The notes under the pieces are model-generated. The model did not search any database and was not told the DNA's origin. It saw only the letters and a program-made list of their open reading frames with translations. Shown one piece after another: positions 1-13,039 of a stretch of DNA of 64,000 bases (position 1 is its first letter; the number at the start of each line of letters is the position of its first letter). The DNA is from Vicugna vicugna. Lineage: Eukaryota. Location: assembly GCA_013265495.1 (NCBI GenBank), contig MU058221.1, positions 5,874,066-5,938,065 of the forward strand, in the 5' to 3' direction. The translations under genes and the position numbers were made by a program.

Positions 1-508
1 AAGTAGCAGACAAGTAGGTCAGAAAAGTTTGAGTGGATTAACATCAGCCATTGCTCAAGTGCTCTAGAATAGACCAGTCAGCAGGCTGCTTGGGCTATTT
101 TATAGGTGATGAGAATAATGACAGGTTAGTGTTGGTGTTTCCAGTTGGGTTTAGAAGCAGGTTTAACTTTGCCAGCCAATTCTTCCCAGGCTCATTTAGG
201 AGATAATTCTTTGTTATTTGGCACCTTATTCATTCAGACTAGTATATTACGCAGGACCCTTTTGGTTGCAGGTGGCAGAATAGTTTTAATTAAAATGGAA
301 TTTGTTGACTCATAACTAAATAGGCCGAGGTTAGGCCAGCTGGTTCCGGGGACGCAGGGTGTCATGAGGACTGGTTTTGTTCTCTTCCTCTCTCAGCTGT
401 GCTTTCCGTGGTTGGCTTCATTCTCAGCAGAGCTTTTTCCACATGGAGGTAAAGACGGCCAGCGGACTCATGTCATCCTTACAATGCTTGTGACCCCAGA
501 GACTGGAA

Positions 509-1486
509 NNNNNNNNNNNNNNNNNNNNNNNNNNNNNNNNNNNNNNNNNNNNNNNNNNNNNNNNNNNNNNNNNNNNNNNNNNNNNNNNNNNNNNNNNNNN
601 NNNNNNNNNNNNNNNNNNNNNNNNNNNNNNNNNNNNNNNNNNNNNNNNNNNNNNNNNNNNNNNNNNNNNNNNNNNNNNNNNNNNNNNNNNNNNNNNNNNN
701 NNNNNNNNNNNNNNNNNNNNNNNNNNNNNNNNNNNNNNNNNNNNNNNNNNNNNNNNNNNNNNNNNNNNNNNNNNNNNNNNNNNNNNNNNNNNNNNNNNNN
801 NNNNNNNNNNNNNNNNNNNNNNNNNNNNNNNNNNNNNNNNNNNNNNNNNNNNNNNNNNNNNNNNNNNNNNNNNNNNNNNNNNNNNNNNNNNNNNNNNNNN
901 NNNNNNNNNNNNNNNNNNNNNNNNNNNNNNNNNNNNNNNNNNNNNNNNNNNNNNNNNNNNNNNNNNNNNNNNNNNNNNNNNNNNNNNNNNNNNNNNNNNN
1001 NNNNNNNNNNNNNNNNNNNNNNNNNNNNNNNNNNNNNNNNNNNNNNNNNNNNNNNNNNNNNNNNNNNNNNNNNNNNNNNNNNNNNNNNNNNNNNNNNNNN
1101 NNNNNNNNNNNNNNNNNNNNNNNNNNNNNNNNNNNNNNNNNNNNNNNNNNNNNNNNNNNNNNNNNNNNNNNNNNNNNNNNNNNNNNNNNNNNNNNNNNNN
1201 NNNNNNNNNNNNNNNNNNNNNNNNNNNNNNNNNNNNNNNNNNNNNNNNNNNNNNNNNNNNNNNNNNNNNNNNNNNNNNNNNNNNNNNNNNNNNNNNNNNN
1301 NNNNNNNNNNNNNNNNNNNNNNNNNNNNNNNNNNNNNNNNNNNNNNNNNNNNNNNNNNNNNNNNNNNNNNNNNNNNNNNNNNNNNNNNNNNNNNNNNNNN
1401 NNNNNNNNNNNNNNNNNNNNNNNNNNNNNNNNNNNNNNNNNNNNNNNNNNNNNNNNNNNNNNNNNNNNNNNNNNNNNNNNNNNNNN
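509..1486. other. Assembly gap (978 N), followed by a G19 run
   Basis: Continuous N run; G homopolymer at 1487-1505 on the right flank. Confidence 0.99.
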
Positions 1487-1559
1487 GGGGGGGGGGGGGG
1501 GGGGGCGCTCGTTGAGGAGATTAAGAAGATGAGTCTGCACTGGTGGAGAACAGAGTTTT

Positions 1560-1720
1560 GTCCAGTAGCTCAGGAGATCTGGATTTGAGTCCTTGTTCTG
1601 TGGCGTAACTGGTTCCACAATCTTGCTTAGCCTCTCTCCTCTTCAGTAAACTGATAACTTACACCATGGAGTTACGGGAATTAAACAGGTAATATGAACT
1701 GGCTTTGAAATCTGTAAAAC
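1560..1720. mobile_element. MIR-like SINE remnant
   Basis: Degenerate resemblance to the MIR core (ctggatttgagtcc...cttagcctctctcctcttcagtaaa); recognised by eye, boundaries approximate. Confidence 0.45.
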
Positions 1721-4700
1721 AAGACATACTTGTTCTCTTTAAGGTCTGTACCTTTAAGCAGTGTTAAGCAGTGTTTCAACTGAGACACTTTGACTATTTA
1801 GATATCTTTATTACTGGTATATATTTACCACCATTCTGTGCCCAGTGGGCTGCTTAACACCTTAAGGAATATTCAAAAAGTATGAGAGACAGAGTCTTCA
1901 AGGAGCTTTATTTGGATAATGAGGCCAGACTTTTGCATTTGAGAGGGGAAGAAGCCATGGCACAGTACACAGTATGATGTGGAACAGGGCTTCTGCTTGG
2001 TATAAATGCTAGCCATTCAGAGGAATGGGGAGGGAAGGCGCCTTTAGAAAGAGCTACCCGGACACGGGGCGTTTCAGTGGACCCTTAGAGCGCTCGGTCA
2101 GTAGTTCCTAATCACTGCTGATGCGTGGAGCTGGGCTGGAGCTTGTGGGAGTCACAGAGGACGAGCAGTCGTTCTCGTGCTCTGAGGATTTTCTGTCTGG
2201 TTAGGGAGGCGAGCCTGGTTTGTTTTTAACAATGCAAGGTTACGTGTATAGGCTGTTTGGATGGTACCGACAGGAAGGGTGGCATTTGAGACAGGGAGAG
2301 ACCCTTCCAGGCTGTGGGAGGTTTCAGTAATGTGGAGAGTGGGAAGATAGGATGGGGCGCCAGGAGAGGAGTTGGCGAGAACAAAGGTGCAGAGGAGCGA
2401 GGGTACAAGAGCTGTCCTGGGAACAGTGAAGCACCCAAGTGGGGAGAAGCGGGATCAGAGAATTAAAATCGGAATCAGGTTTCACAGAGTCATGGCTCTC
2501 AGGGAAGGTGGCAGACTAGGGAGACACTGAATGATTTGGGGGAGCATTGCACAGACAAGGGACAGGGACGTGATCTGAGACCAGTTAGCATTTAGGTTAT
2601 TGGAGTTGGGAGTGAGGTTTGACTAGAGGCAGGAAGACGAGTCACGGTTCAGTGTCAGCCTAGATCTGATGAAACTGGGGGCCTGTTTTGGGGTCTTCGT
2701 GGTAGAGGTATAAAGAGACCCATGCCTGGGGTCTCCCTAGGGAAGGATTCCCAGGGCTTGGTGTAGACTGGGAGAGAAAGGCTGGAAAAATCAAAGGTTA
2801 ACGTAAGGTTTTGAGCATGAGTAACCGGTTGACAATTATAGAGCCAGGAAAAAATAGGAAGTTTAGGAGAGGGGAAGGTAGAAAATCGAGTTTAATTTTT
2901 AAATATGAAACCCACATTGGAATGCTAAAAGAAACTCTATCTGATTCATCCATTCATTTCAGAGATAAATAAAGAGATGGCAAGAGATTGATTCTCTGTA
3001 TTTCGAATTTGAAGGCAGTGAACAGACTCTCTAAAGTTCCACTGTCAGCAGGCATTTAAAAATTTGTGCCCGCATCCGCCTCCTCTTCGCTCGCCAGGTC
3101 TTAGCTCATAGCTCACAGTCTCCTTTAGAGCTTCCCCTTTCTTCCCTGGGCGAGTCGTTTTGGTCTGGCGCTCAGTTCCAGGAGCACTGTTAGTCTGCAC
3201 TGTGTCACTAAGGTCCTAAAGGTAGACTTTGTGCTTTTCTTTTCTCTCGTGCTCAGTTTTTAGGCTGTGTTAGGCTGTGATTTAGGGCAGCGTGGATCAG
3301 AACATCTTATCTGTCAGCTGACCCTGTTCAGAAAGGTCAGGCGTTGATCAGCAAATACTATCCTTTACTGTGTACATATGTACAAATTCCAGGTTTTCTG
3401 TTTTTGTATCTTGTAAGCACATTCATGTTCACCTAGTCAATGACTTCTTCAGAATCAATTTTAGACTCTTATCCTTCTCCTTTTATTCCCATCCTAAATT
3501 TCTTAATCTGTCTAGAACACTTAATCTGTACCCTGAACACGGCTGACACAAGGCATTCAGCACTCCATAAATGTTAATTGAATCTTTTTTCTTTCAGTTT
3601 TATTAGGTAGAATTATTAGTTTGACTGCACATATGCAATATATTACATGTAAATACATATTATACACAGTATACTGCACATATTTTTAAAATTTACATAT
3701 ATGTATTGTTCATTGTTTCTGAGAATGTTTAGAGCTTTAGCTTAAATCTTAATGTCGTAATTTTTCCCTCCCTTTTGACCTTAGTTTTTGGGGTTTTTCC
3801 CCTGTTTTGTCTTTGGTTTCATTTTGTTTATATTACAGTATTAAGATTTTTTAAAAATAAGAGTGGGATAGTATAGAATTTTTTCCTTCTATAACCTTCT
3901 TTTGACTTTTTTCTATCTTAATTATTTTTAAAGAAACTAATCTAGAATTCTGGAGTATAGCTCTGTGAGGTCTGAGTTTTCATTTAGGTACATTTGGAAT
4001 TATGTGTACTAAATGAATTTCTTTCTGTTTATCTATAGTAAAACTTGGGTGCCTTTCTGCCTTCCACTTGGTTCCCAATTTAAGATCTCTGTCCATTTTG
4101 TGAAAGTGGAGTTAACTTAATAACTCAGAACTGCTCAAATGTAATATTTATAAACTTAGCTCAAGACGCAATCCTGTGAGCTCTTATTTAAGTCTTTATC
4201 TACATGTTTAAGGGTTTTTTTTGGGGGGGGTTTATTTGAAAAAGAGAAGGAACTTGTAACTGGGGATCTCTTTCGTGAATGTGTTTTATTTGAAACCTTG
4301 TGTATGTGTATTGACTGATGCACTTATTTGGTGTTTGGAAAATTTAGGCTGTGATGCTGTTGCATAGCACACCTAAACCATCCTGTGAGAGCAGGCGATC
4401 AGCGAGGATGTGGGTTCACAGCGTTGGTGGCGCCAGAGTCTCCAGTGCTGGGCTTGAAATTGAGAATATGTAATACACAATCTATTATTTTTCTATTCAC
4501 TCAGTAGATAGTTATTGAACACCTAATATGTGCCAGCTGCCATGCTAAACGCTGGAGGTGAAGGAATCATATTTCCTATCTTCAAGTAACTTCATGAGGG
4601 GATAGACAGATATTTACAATGTAGTGTAAAACCCCGATGGAGAAGTACAGGAAGCTATGCAAATAAATGTTTTTCTCGTTTACTGTTTCTATGAAACTAA

Positions 4701-5069
4701 TGGACGTAAACCCTGAAATGGCTGGGCAGTGAAGCTGAGGGCAGATTTTGAAGTCTTAGCTGGGCTCTGTGGAAACAGTTTAGGAGTTAACTCCAGCAGG
4801 TCGGATTTAGTTTGGCAGATGACTGACTTTGGAGAGACCATGACTTTTCCAGTTTCTGAGAATATCATGCTTAAAATTTGTTTAGAAAAGGTTCAGTTCT
4901 ATTAGAATACCATTCCATTGCACTGAAAGAAAAACTGTCTTTAACATTGACCAACCATGTGTGTAAGTTCTTTGCTTGGATTTACAATCTCTTATTGACA
5001 TGCTAATTATTTTACCTGTTGAATGATGTCATACTAAAAGTGACCTTAAATTAAAAAAAAAAGTACTTT

Positions 5070-5430
5070 TGTGGTACAGCCACTTTGGAAGACAGTGTGG
5101 CAGGTTCTCACAAAATGAAGCATTAGTCTTACCATAAGATGCAGCAATCAGGGCTCCTTGATACTTACCTGAAGAGTCGAAACTTACTTCCACACAAAGA
5201 CCTGCACTTGGTTGGGTATGGCGGCTTTACTCATAACCGCCAAAACTTGGAAACAACCAAGATGTCCTTCAGTAGGTGAATGGATAAATAAAGTGTGGTT
5301 ATATCCAGACAATGGATTAAAATGAAATGAGCTCTCAAGCTGTCCATGTGTGGGGGCAAGGTATATATGGGAACTCTTAGTACCTCCCTGTCAGTTTTCT
5401 TGTAAACATAAAACTGCTCTGAAAAAAAAG
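5070..5430 (+). mobile_element. Old L1 (L1M-type) 3' fragment
   Basis: tggtacagccactttggaagacagt...aaacttggaaacaaccaagatgtccttcagtaggtgaatggataaa is typical of the L1 ORF2 end/3'UTR. Confidence 0.75.
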
Positions 5431-6261
5431 TCTTTGAGGAAAAAACCACTTGTGACTATAAGTGATGAGCTCTGCCTCAGAATGACTTCTTTCCTGCTTG
5501 TATATTTGAGTGCTTGGTCCCGGGAGGTTGATTGCGTTGCAAGACACAGTTGGCACGAGACTTCATCCTGCATGAAAAGTGACCCTGGGTTCCAGCGCTC
5601 ACCTTCAGATCTGGTTTAGTTACGGGAAGGGTGGCTGTCACCGTAATTGCCCAGCTGTACTTCTAGGAACCAAATCCGACGAGATTTCTTTCATGGAATG
5701 GTTCTCCTAGAAGCAAGGTTTTTTATTTTTTTAAATTAAAAAAATTTTTTTTTTTAGACAGACAAATCGAAAGAACATTAGGACTCTCCCTTTAAGACTG
5801 AGAAGTTTGGTCTCAATCGGTTTGGTTGTTATAGTGGTTTTCAAACCTGTTTTTACGTTTGGCTGCTTTCCACTGAGTCCATTTGAAAATGCATTAGTGG
5901 AATCTTTCTCTCTCAAAAGGGCTTTCCCAGGATTCCCGTTCAGATTCTTCCATTATGCTTTTCTTGTGCTTCCAAATACTTTGTAGAAATTATTTTTCCT
6001 TGGGGCATACTGAGAACTCTCTCAAAGGTAATTAATTGACCCTATGTTACTAATATCATAAACTTAGCAGACTAAGTTGCTACCATTCGAAAATATCAAT
6101 GGATTGGATTTTGAGGTTAGGGCATAGAAGTTGAGTTCTTAAATTCCATATGACCTCCCTCCTCCGGTTTGGGCTCTGCTTTTTTGTTCCTTAACCTTTT
6201 GTTTCTTAGTTGTCTACTGACTGTAGAAACAAACGTGTCTGGATGGGTAGGTTAGGTTTTT

Positions 6262-7420
6262 TTTTTTTCAAATTGAGTTCATATACCACACAACCACATA
6301 CCACATACCCTTTTAAAGTGTGTAATTCACTAGCTTTCAGTATATTTAGAATTGTGCAGCCATAACCATTATCTAACTCCAGAACATTTTCATCTCTCCC
6401 AGAAGAAACCTCGTATCATTAACAGTCCCTCTCCATTCCACCCTTCCCCCCAGCCCCTGGCAACCACGAGTCTACTTGCCTGTTCTGGGCATTTCATATA
6501 TGTAAAATCACACAATATGTGGTTTTTTTTTTTTGTGTGTCTGGCTTATTTCACTTAACATGATGTTTTCAGGGTTCATCCATGTTGTAGTATGTATCAA
6601 TGCTTCATTCCTTTTTATTTTTAAACTAGGGGAGGTAATTAGGTTTATTTTCATTTTTAGAGGAGATACTGGGGATTGAACCCAGGACCTTATGCATGCT
6701 AAGCATGTGCTCTACCACTGAGCTATACCCTCCCCCCCCATTCCTTTTTGTAGCTGAATAATACCCTTTTGTCTGGATTTGCCACATTTTGTTTATCCTT
6801 TCATCATTTTGACATTCAGATTGTTTCCATTCTTTGGCTGTTAAATGCTGCCATGGACACGTACAAGTTTGTGTATGGCCGTATGTGTTCATTTCTCTTG
6901 GGTATAGACCTAGGTGTAGATTCTTGGATCACATGGTAACTTTAACTTTCTGAGGAATGTTATCTACAGCTGTTGCACCATTTTACATTCCATCAGCAAT
7001 TTATGAGGGTCTAAATTCTCCACATCCTTGCCAACACTTACTGTTGTCATCCATCTTTTTCATTATAGCTATCCCAGTGGGTGGTAAGTAGGTTCTCACT
7101 TTGCTTTTGATTTGCATTCCCTTGTTGATGAATGATGTTGAGCATCTTTTGCTGTGCTTACTGGTTATTTGTGTATCTTTGGCTTCTTTGAAAAAAATGT
7201 CTATTCTGACCCTTTGCCCATTTTTTTCATTGGTTACTTGTGCTCTTGGTGTTATATCTAAGAAACCATTGCCCAATCCAAGGTCAGGAATACACCTACT
7301 TTCTTCTAAGAATTTGATAGTTTCAACTCTTACATTTAGGTCTTCATTTCGAGTTAATTTTTGTCTGTTCTATGTATGATTCTTTGCATATGGATAGCTA
7401 GTTATCCTGGCACCATTTGT
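6262..7420 (-). mobile_element. Old L1 (L1M-type) 3' region, interrupted by a SINE
   Basis: Antisense L1 hallmarks (ggcttatttcacttaacatgatgttttcagggttcatccatgttgtag; cacatccttgccaacact; gatgttgagcatctttt). ORF 7001-7276(-) has L1 ORF2-like residues (KRCSTSFINKGMQIK...KCWQGCGE). Confidence 0.8.
6617..6738 (-). mobile_element. tRNA-derived SINE (vic-1-like), copy 1
   Basis: Reverse strand reads gggagggtatagctcagtggtagagcacatgcttagcatgcataaggtcctgggttcaatcccc (Pol III A and B boxes). Flanking direct repeat cattccttttt at 6606-6616 and 6739-6749. Confidence 0.85.
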
Positions 7421-8129
7421 TGAATATGACTTTCTTTTTAACTGTTTTTTTCCCCCTTGTTTTATTTACCATCAGTCCAAACACTTATAAGTGCCTGCAG
7501 ACGTGCAAGGCATATGAGAAGACTGTGAGGTATAGAGTTTACAAGAAGAATTTGTCTCCCCTTTGTGTCTTACATCTGCTTGAGACTGATGATGGCACAG
7601 ATACGTGAAATTGTTAAATAGTGAATGATTCCATGCCAGAAGAATGGTGGAGAGAACAGAATTCATTAGGAATTGAGAAGACTGAATAAGTCTATGGGCA
7701 GAGAAGTTCATAGAGAAGATGAAGCCATCAAGGTTAGATGAGCTTTAGATACAGAAAGACCAGAAATGACCAGAGCAGAGCTACTGAAGCAATTAGATTC
7801 TTTTGGCCCAAGGTGTATATGGAACATCTTTTAGACAGATTTTGGAATTTTCCTGGATTACCAAGTCTTCTTTTAGTCTCAGTTATGTTATTAGAAGCTG
7901 GAAGCACCTGATATATACTTTGAGCAATTGTGTTTAGAAATAAGGGCAAGTTTCTCTTTGGGCCATCCCACACGGGGTTGGGTGCCCTATGGGCACTGTC
8001 TTGTTTACTTATCTTTTTGCTTCTCAGTGGTTGTCTTTGAACCAGACTTCTTATGTTCCCTCTTCACGGTGCCTACAAACTTCTAGATTTCTTTTCTTGA
8101 AACTCTAGAGAAACTATTTTCTCATCATG

Positions 8130-9146
8130 GTCACTGATAACTGCCATATTGTGAATCAGTGGTCAGTTTTCAGTCCACACCTTACTTGGCATGGCACGTT
8201 TAACACAGTCACCCCCTCCTTCTTGACACATTTTCTTCACTTGGCTTCCCCAACACCGTACTTCCTTGCTTCTCCTCCATCACAGTCAGTGTTTCAGTAG
8301 TCTCTGTTGGTCTCCATTTCCAGTTCCACTTCATCTTGGTCTCATAAACTTGGAGTTGCCAGGACTCCCTCCTTTTACCACTTCCTTGTGTCTGCACTGA
8401 CTCTTGGTGACTTCACTTAGTATTGTTCACACTCTGGTAGCTCACGGATTTGTGTATCCAGCCCTGACTTTACTCTTGAACTCCAGGTGTATGTATCCAG
8501 CTGGCTGCTGCCTATTCACTGTTGACTATTCAACATCTCAGCTTTAACCAGCCCCACACTGAACTCTTAATCTCTCCCTCCCCTTCATACCTGCTCAGCC
8601 TTTAATCTTTTTCATCTTAACTGAAGACAACTTTCTGGTTGGCGCAGGTTGAAAACCTTGGAGTCATCTGTGAGTCCTTTTCTTCCCTTATATCCAGTCA
8701 GGAAATCCTGTTGTCTTTACCCTCAGAATATATCCAGAATCCAACCACTTCTCACTCCCTCCACATCTGACACCCTGGGCTGAGCTGCTGTCCTTACCTG
8801 AATTGCCGCCACAGCCTCCTAACTCGTCTCCTTGATTTGCGTCTGTTCTGGTACTCCTGTTGTCAGCCAGAATGACACTATTAACATGTTATGTCTGATA
8901 ATGTACCTGTTCTACTCAGAACCTTACAATGGACATTCCTGTCACTCAAAGTAAAAGGCAAAGTCTTTGCATTCCCCAAAAGGCCCTGCAAGATCAGGAC
9001 CCTCATTATCTCCTGGACTTCCTCTCCTCCTGTTTTCCTTTGCCAGAAATCTACTCTAGCCACGCTGACCTCTTTGCTATTCCTTGAATAGTCTACGTAT
9101 ATTTCTGCAGTAGGGCTTTGTCCCCTCAGCCTGGCATTCTTTTCCC
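8130..9146. mobile_element. L2 LINE remnant (continues at ~9679-9995)
   Basis: L2-like motifs (ccctccttcttgacacattttcttcacttggcttcc; aaaccttggagtcatc; atatatccagaatccaaccacttctc), ending in ctcaataaatcgttgttgcacgaatgaa at ~9968-9995. Confidence 0.7.
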
Positions 9147-9678
9147 TGTAGGGGAGGAAAAATAATTCTCCTACCCTTGCAAGTTCTTGGCTGAGACCCC
9201 TGTAATGAAAGATTGATTAACCAGAGAAAAACAAACAGTTTAACAGGTATACCTCTTGTGTACGTGGGGGATTTCCAGGGGGAAATGAGTAACTCAAAGA
9301 AGTGGCTTAGAACTCAGGCTTAAATATCTTCAGCTAAAGACCAAAGAAAGGTGGGTGTGGGAAGGCTAGTAATGGGGAGGTTGCCAGGAAAAGCTAAGTA
9401 AACAAGAGTAACATTTGTTATAGAGATCTAAGTCTGCGTTTTCTGCTTTGATAAAAATTTCTTGTGATTTGGAGTCATCCTTCTCTTCCTGGTACGGAGA
9501 GGCAGACACTCTTACAAATGGAGATTTATTTTATAAATTTAAATTTCCTTTACAAGAGAGTAACTTCTGCTCAGTTTTCAGAACTTCTCCTGTGTCTGCT
9601 GTTTCTCAAAATAATCAGCTCAAAATAATCCTTACACCAAAGAAGCTATTTTGGAGTGGCATATTCTGCCACTCTTCA
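9147..9678. mobile_element. Solo LTR, probably ERV1 class
   Basis: 532-bp block starting TGTA and ending TTCA, with near-identical 4-bp flanks (tccc/cccc). It splits an L2 whose sequence resumes on the other side. Confidence 0.6.
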
Positions 9679-10099
9679 CCCCCAAAGTAGCCACGTGACT
9701 AATTCCCTCACTTCTTTCCAGTCTTTGTCCACATGTCACTTTCTCAGTGAGGCCTGTAATGTCCACCTGTTCAAGATGGCAGTTGCTCAGCCCACACGCA
9801 CGCCCCGTTTGTTTTGCTCTGCAGTCCCCCTCAGCCGGGGGCATGTATCTTTTGTCATGCTGCGTAATTGACTTACTTTGCATGTTGTTTATCTCGCGCA
9901 CTGGAAGGTAAGTTGTAGGGCAGGGATTTTTGCCTGGACGCTGCTATGCCTGTCACCTAATTCAGCGCTCAATAAATCGTTGTTGCACGAATGAACGTCC
10001 TAGGGCTGCTGTGCATTTGGGCTTATTCTTGTTCAGATTCTTAGGCCTCGTCCCAGAGACACCGTATTACTCAGGTGTTACTGGGGGACAGGTCACAGA

Positions 10100-10391
10100 G
10101 GCACCGTCTGTCTAGCAGGTACCAAAATCCCAGACTCCTGGAAGAAAAGCGTTTCACCAATAAGCCGCGTTACACAGACAGGTTGGGCACAGTGGGCCGT
10201 TCTTAACCGGTTAGAGGGATGGGAACTCTCCTGCAATCTGAACTCCCAGAGGCCAGCCAGGGCCAACCTCGCGAGCAGGCCCGAGACTTAATCCTTAGAA
10301 AGGCCGCTCACAAGACTGGCCCTTGGCTGGCTTCTGGGAACGTGGATTTCTGGAGAGTTCCCACTATCCTGATGGTAACGGTGGCTCGCTG
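10100..10391. mobile_element. Two MER21-like LTR fragments in opposite orientation
   Basis: caaaatcccagactcctggaagaaaagc...cccagaggccagccagggccaacct resembles MER21 as recalled; 10301-10391 is a diverged reverse complement of 10190-10282. Confidence 0.6.
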
Positions 10392-10877
10392 TTGCTTACA
10401 GGTGGGGTATGATAACTTCCCTTTTAGGTTCACTGTCTTCATCATGGTATCCAAAGAAGTTTGTTTTTTCTTTTTTATGTAGAAGAGAAACCATTTAGAC
10501 TTATCTCTCTTTAGGAAATTTAGTAATGATTGAGAATGAATTAAAAAGTTTAAGTGGATGCAGTAAGTGAGTTTATTCACTTAGACATATTTTCTGGAAA
10601 ATGCCTCAGCCGTATTATTCAGTCTATTCAGATTTTAGTAATTACAAAAGCGATTTATTTCATAGTAAAAATTTTGAATTTAATTCAAACAGTAAAAAAA
10701 TATCTTTCCTACTATTCACTTGAAAGATAATATCTGTGTGACCATGTGTTTCAAAGCAGACACGTTTTCTTCATTTTCCCTCCATCTTTCATGTTCCATC
10801 AGGCCAGTTTGAAACTTGCCATCTTGGGGTTTGCTTTTGTGAATAACCAGTCTTCTTCCTTTCTTTTTCTTTTATAG

Positions 10878-11020
10878 GCCAGGATGCCGAGTTGTCAGGG
10901 ACACTTTCACTTGTTTTGACACAGTGCTGCAAAAGAATAAAGGATACTGTCCAGAAGTTGGCCTCAGACCACAAAGACATCCACAGCAGTGTTTCTCGGG
11001 TTGGAAAAGCCATCGATAAG
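10878..11020 (+). CDS. RMND5A: RMND5A coding exon 2 (143 nt)
   Basis: tttatag|GC CAG GAT...GAT AAG|gtacgt; encodes (G)[47 protein letters not shown]. Confidence 0.97.
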
Positions 11021-12878
11021 GTACGTTGTTGGATGGGGTGTTCGGGACGCGTTAGCGTCGTCATCCTTTGTCTCCTGTCACCGCTCCAATGACATTAGCT
11101 TTCTCGGGCTGTTTTACTCTGGTCCTTTCATCCTTGCTTTCAGTAGCTGTTGCAGATCTGATTTTACTATGTCATTCGTAAAGTTTTCTGTTGCTATTAT
11201 TTAAAAAAGCAAAAATAAAAGCTAACGAAAAAGCCTTCTTTTTTTATAGCCTTGTTTTTTTCACCCATTTGCATGTATGACTACCGCTTCTCGTGTCATG
11301 ATGAGTAAATTTCCAAAGAAATTTTAACTTACTGGAAGGGAGTTTGTTTATAGAAGTAACTTTTCCTGCTTCCTGAGTAATCCCCTGGCTGTGACTCTGC
11401 CTCTGTTACGGGATGAGTAGGATAAGACCCTCGCATCCATCCCCCTTCATCGTCCGAACTTGTCTTCCTGTGGGCGCGCTCGCCCCGTTCTCCAGTATTG
11501 CTTTCTGCGTGAGCGGGTGGGTTGCTCGCCAGCAAGACCAGTCACTGGTGGGGGATGAATCTTGTGACATCTCTTCAATCTTTGACTTAGTGGTTTCCTT
11601 ATAAGCAGTTACCATTTTTAGCACTGGGCCAGTTTTGCCCTTGGAGTTCATAGTCTTAGCGGGGCCTAAGAGAAGCGGCTGCAGGTCACTGTGTGATACC
11701 TCTGACTGTCTCAGTCATAGGGGAGTTTGTCCTTTTTGTTACGGACATTTTTGTTCACACATTGTAAACTTCCGGGAGGGTAAGGAGAACTTTTGGGGAG
11801 AATTCTTTGTAGCAAAACCAGTCTTACGAGCTGTTTCATCTGTATGCATGAAAACATTAACTATAATATACATAGAAAGTCATGGAAGCCAGAGAGTGGC
11901 TCTAACTCATGGGTAAATTTCTCTAGGGTGAAGTAACTCCTGGTGGTGTTTAGGAAGCTTCAGATTTTGGTGGCTGATAGTGACCATCCCATTTAGTGAT
12001 GGCTTGACCACCAGGCTGCCTGCAGTTAGGACAGAGCCTGGGGACAGAGGGACCAGAAGATGCCATGCCAATGAGAACAGCTGAAGCTTTCACAGCAGCC
12101 AATCAGAGAAAGTATCTGAGAAAAGATCCCTGCTCTGGGAGCAGGTAAGGGGGGCCTCAGGAATCGTACCTCAGTGGTGTAGGCTGCTGGTCCCCAGGGT
12201 CTGGAGCGTTTGGGCAGATAATTCAAGGGCTTTGCATTGTCATCAGAACCCTCTTCACTCCCTGGCTACTGGTGACTTGCTAAACACGTCTTCCTTCTGG
12301 TCTAGCAAGTCTTTACAAATATTTATAAGGGTTGTCAGGTATTTTGGCTAATCTTTGAGACAAAACATTTAAATATATTTGGTGCTAGAAATGAAAGTAT
12401 CTTTTTGAGAATGGCTAACAAGGGGACACATAATGAGTCCTCTATATTCTGGCTTTTTTGGTGGGGATGTGTTTAAGGTGAATGTTGCTAATTAAATACT
12501 TCACTCATTTCTTTTGAGGACATTTTTTCATGAACTTGAAAGTTATAAGAGCTTTATAAAATAATTTTTTTTTGGTAGTTGTATGTTCCTGTGAAAGTAG
12601 TTTAGGTTGCAGGTGACCTGGATTCTAGATTTTTCTGATCCATCATATGAAACCACACTATTAAGTTGATACCTGGACAAGTATTTGTGGAATTACAGTC
12701 CTGGGGCACAGCAGAAAGCTTGGATCTCTTAGTCCAGTTCTCATTGTCTTTCAGTGCATTCTCTCTGATTTTTGGGTGTTTTGAGGGGCATGGGGGCGTC
12801 TGCTTAGCCTCAGCTGTAGAGGAAGCTGTTACTGGACGAGAGCTGCCGAGACAAGGTGCGTGAGCTTTTCGCGCACAC

Positions 12879-13039
12879 AAGGAACTCTGTGTGGGCTGTT
12901 GTATCAGACTCCGTTGACTTGAAGTCTTCCTGCTCTTCCAGTTTGCACCTGGTAAAATAAGGAACTCTGTGTGGGCTGTTGTTGTTTCAGACTCCGTTGA
13001 CTTGAAGTCTTCCTGCTCTTCCAGTTTGCACCTGGTAAA
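12879..13039. repeat. Tandem duplication, 2 x ~80 bp
   Basis: aaggaactctgtgtgggctgttg...gtttgcacctggtaaa at 12879-12956 and 12959-13039. Confidence 0.95.

Noticed and set aside
364..1618. Long ORFs (383 and 379 aa) across the gap
   Set aside because: Artefacts of translating Ns
6617..6738. tRNA-like sequences with A and B boxes (seven copies in the window)
   Set aside because: A-rich tails, TSDs and degenerate cloverleaves show they are SINEs, not tRNA genes
11298..11378. Possible intronic C/D snoRNA (ATGATGA ... CTGA about 75 nt apart)
   Set aside because: No terminal stem and no clear C'/D' boxes; such motif pairs arise by chance
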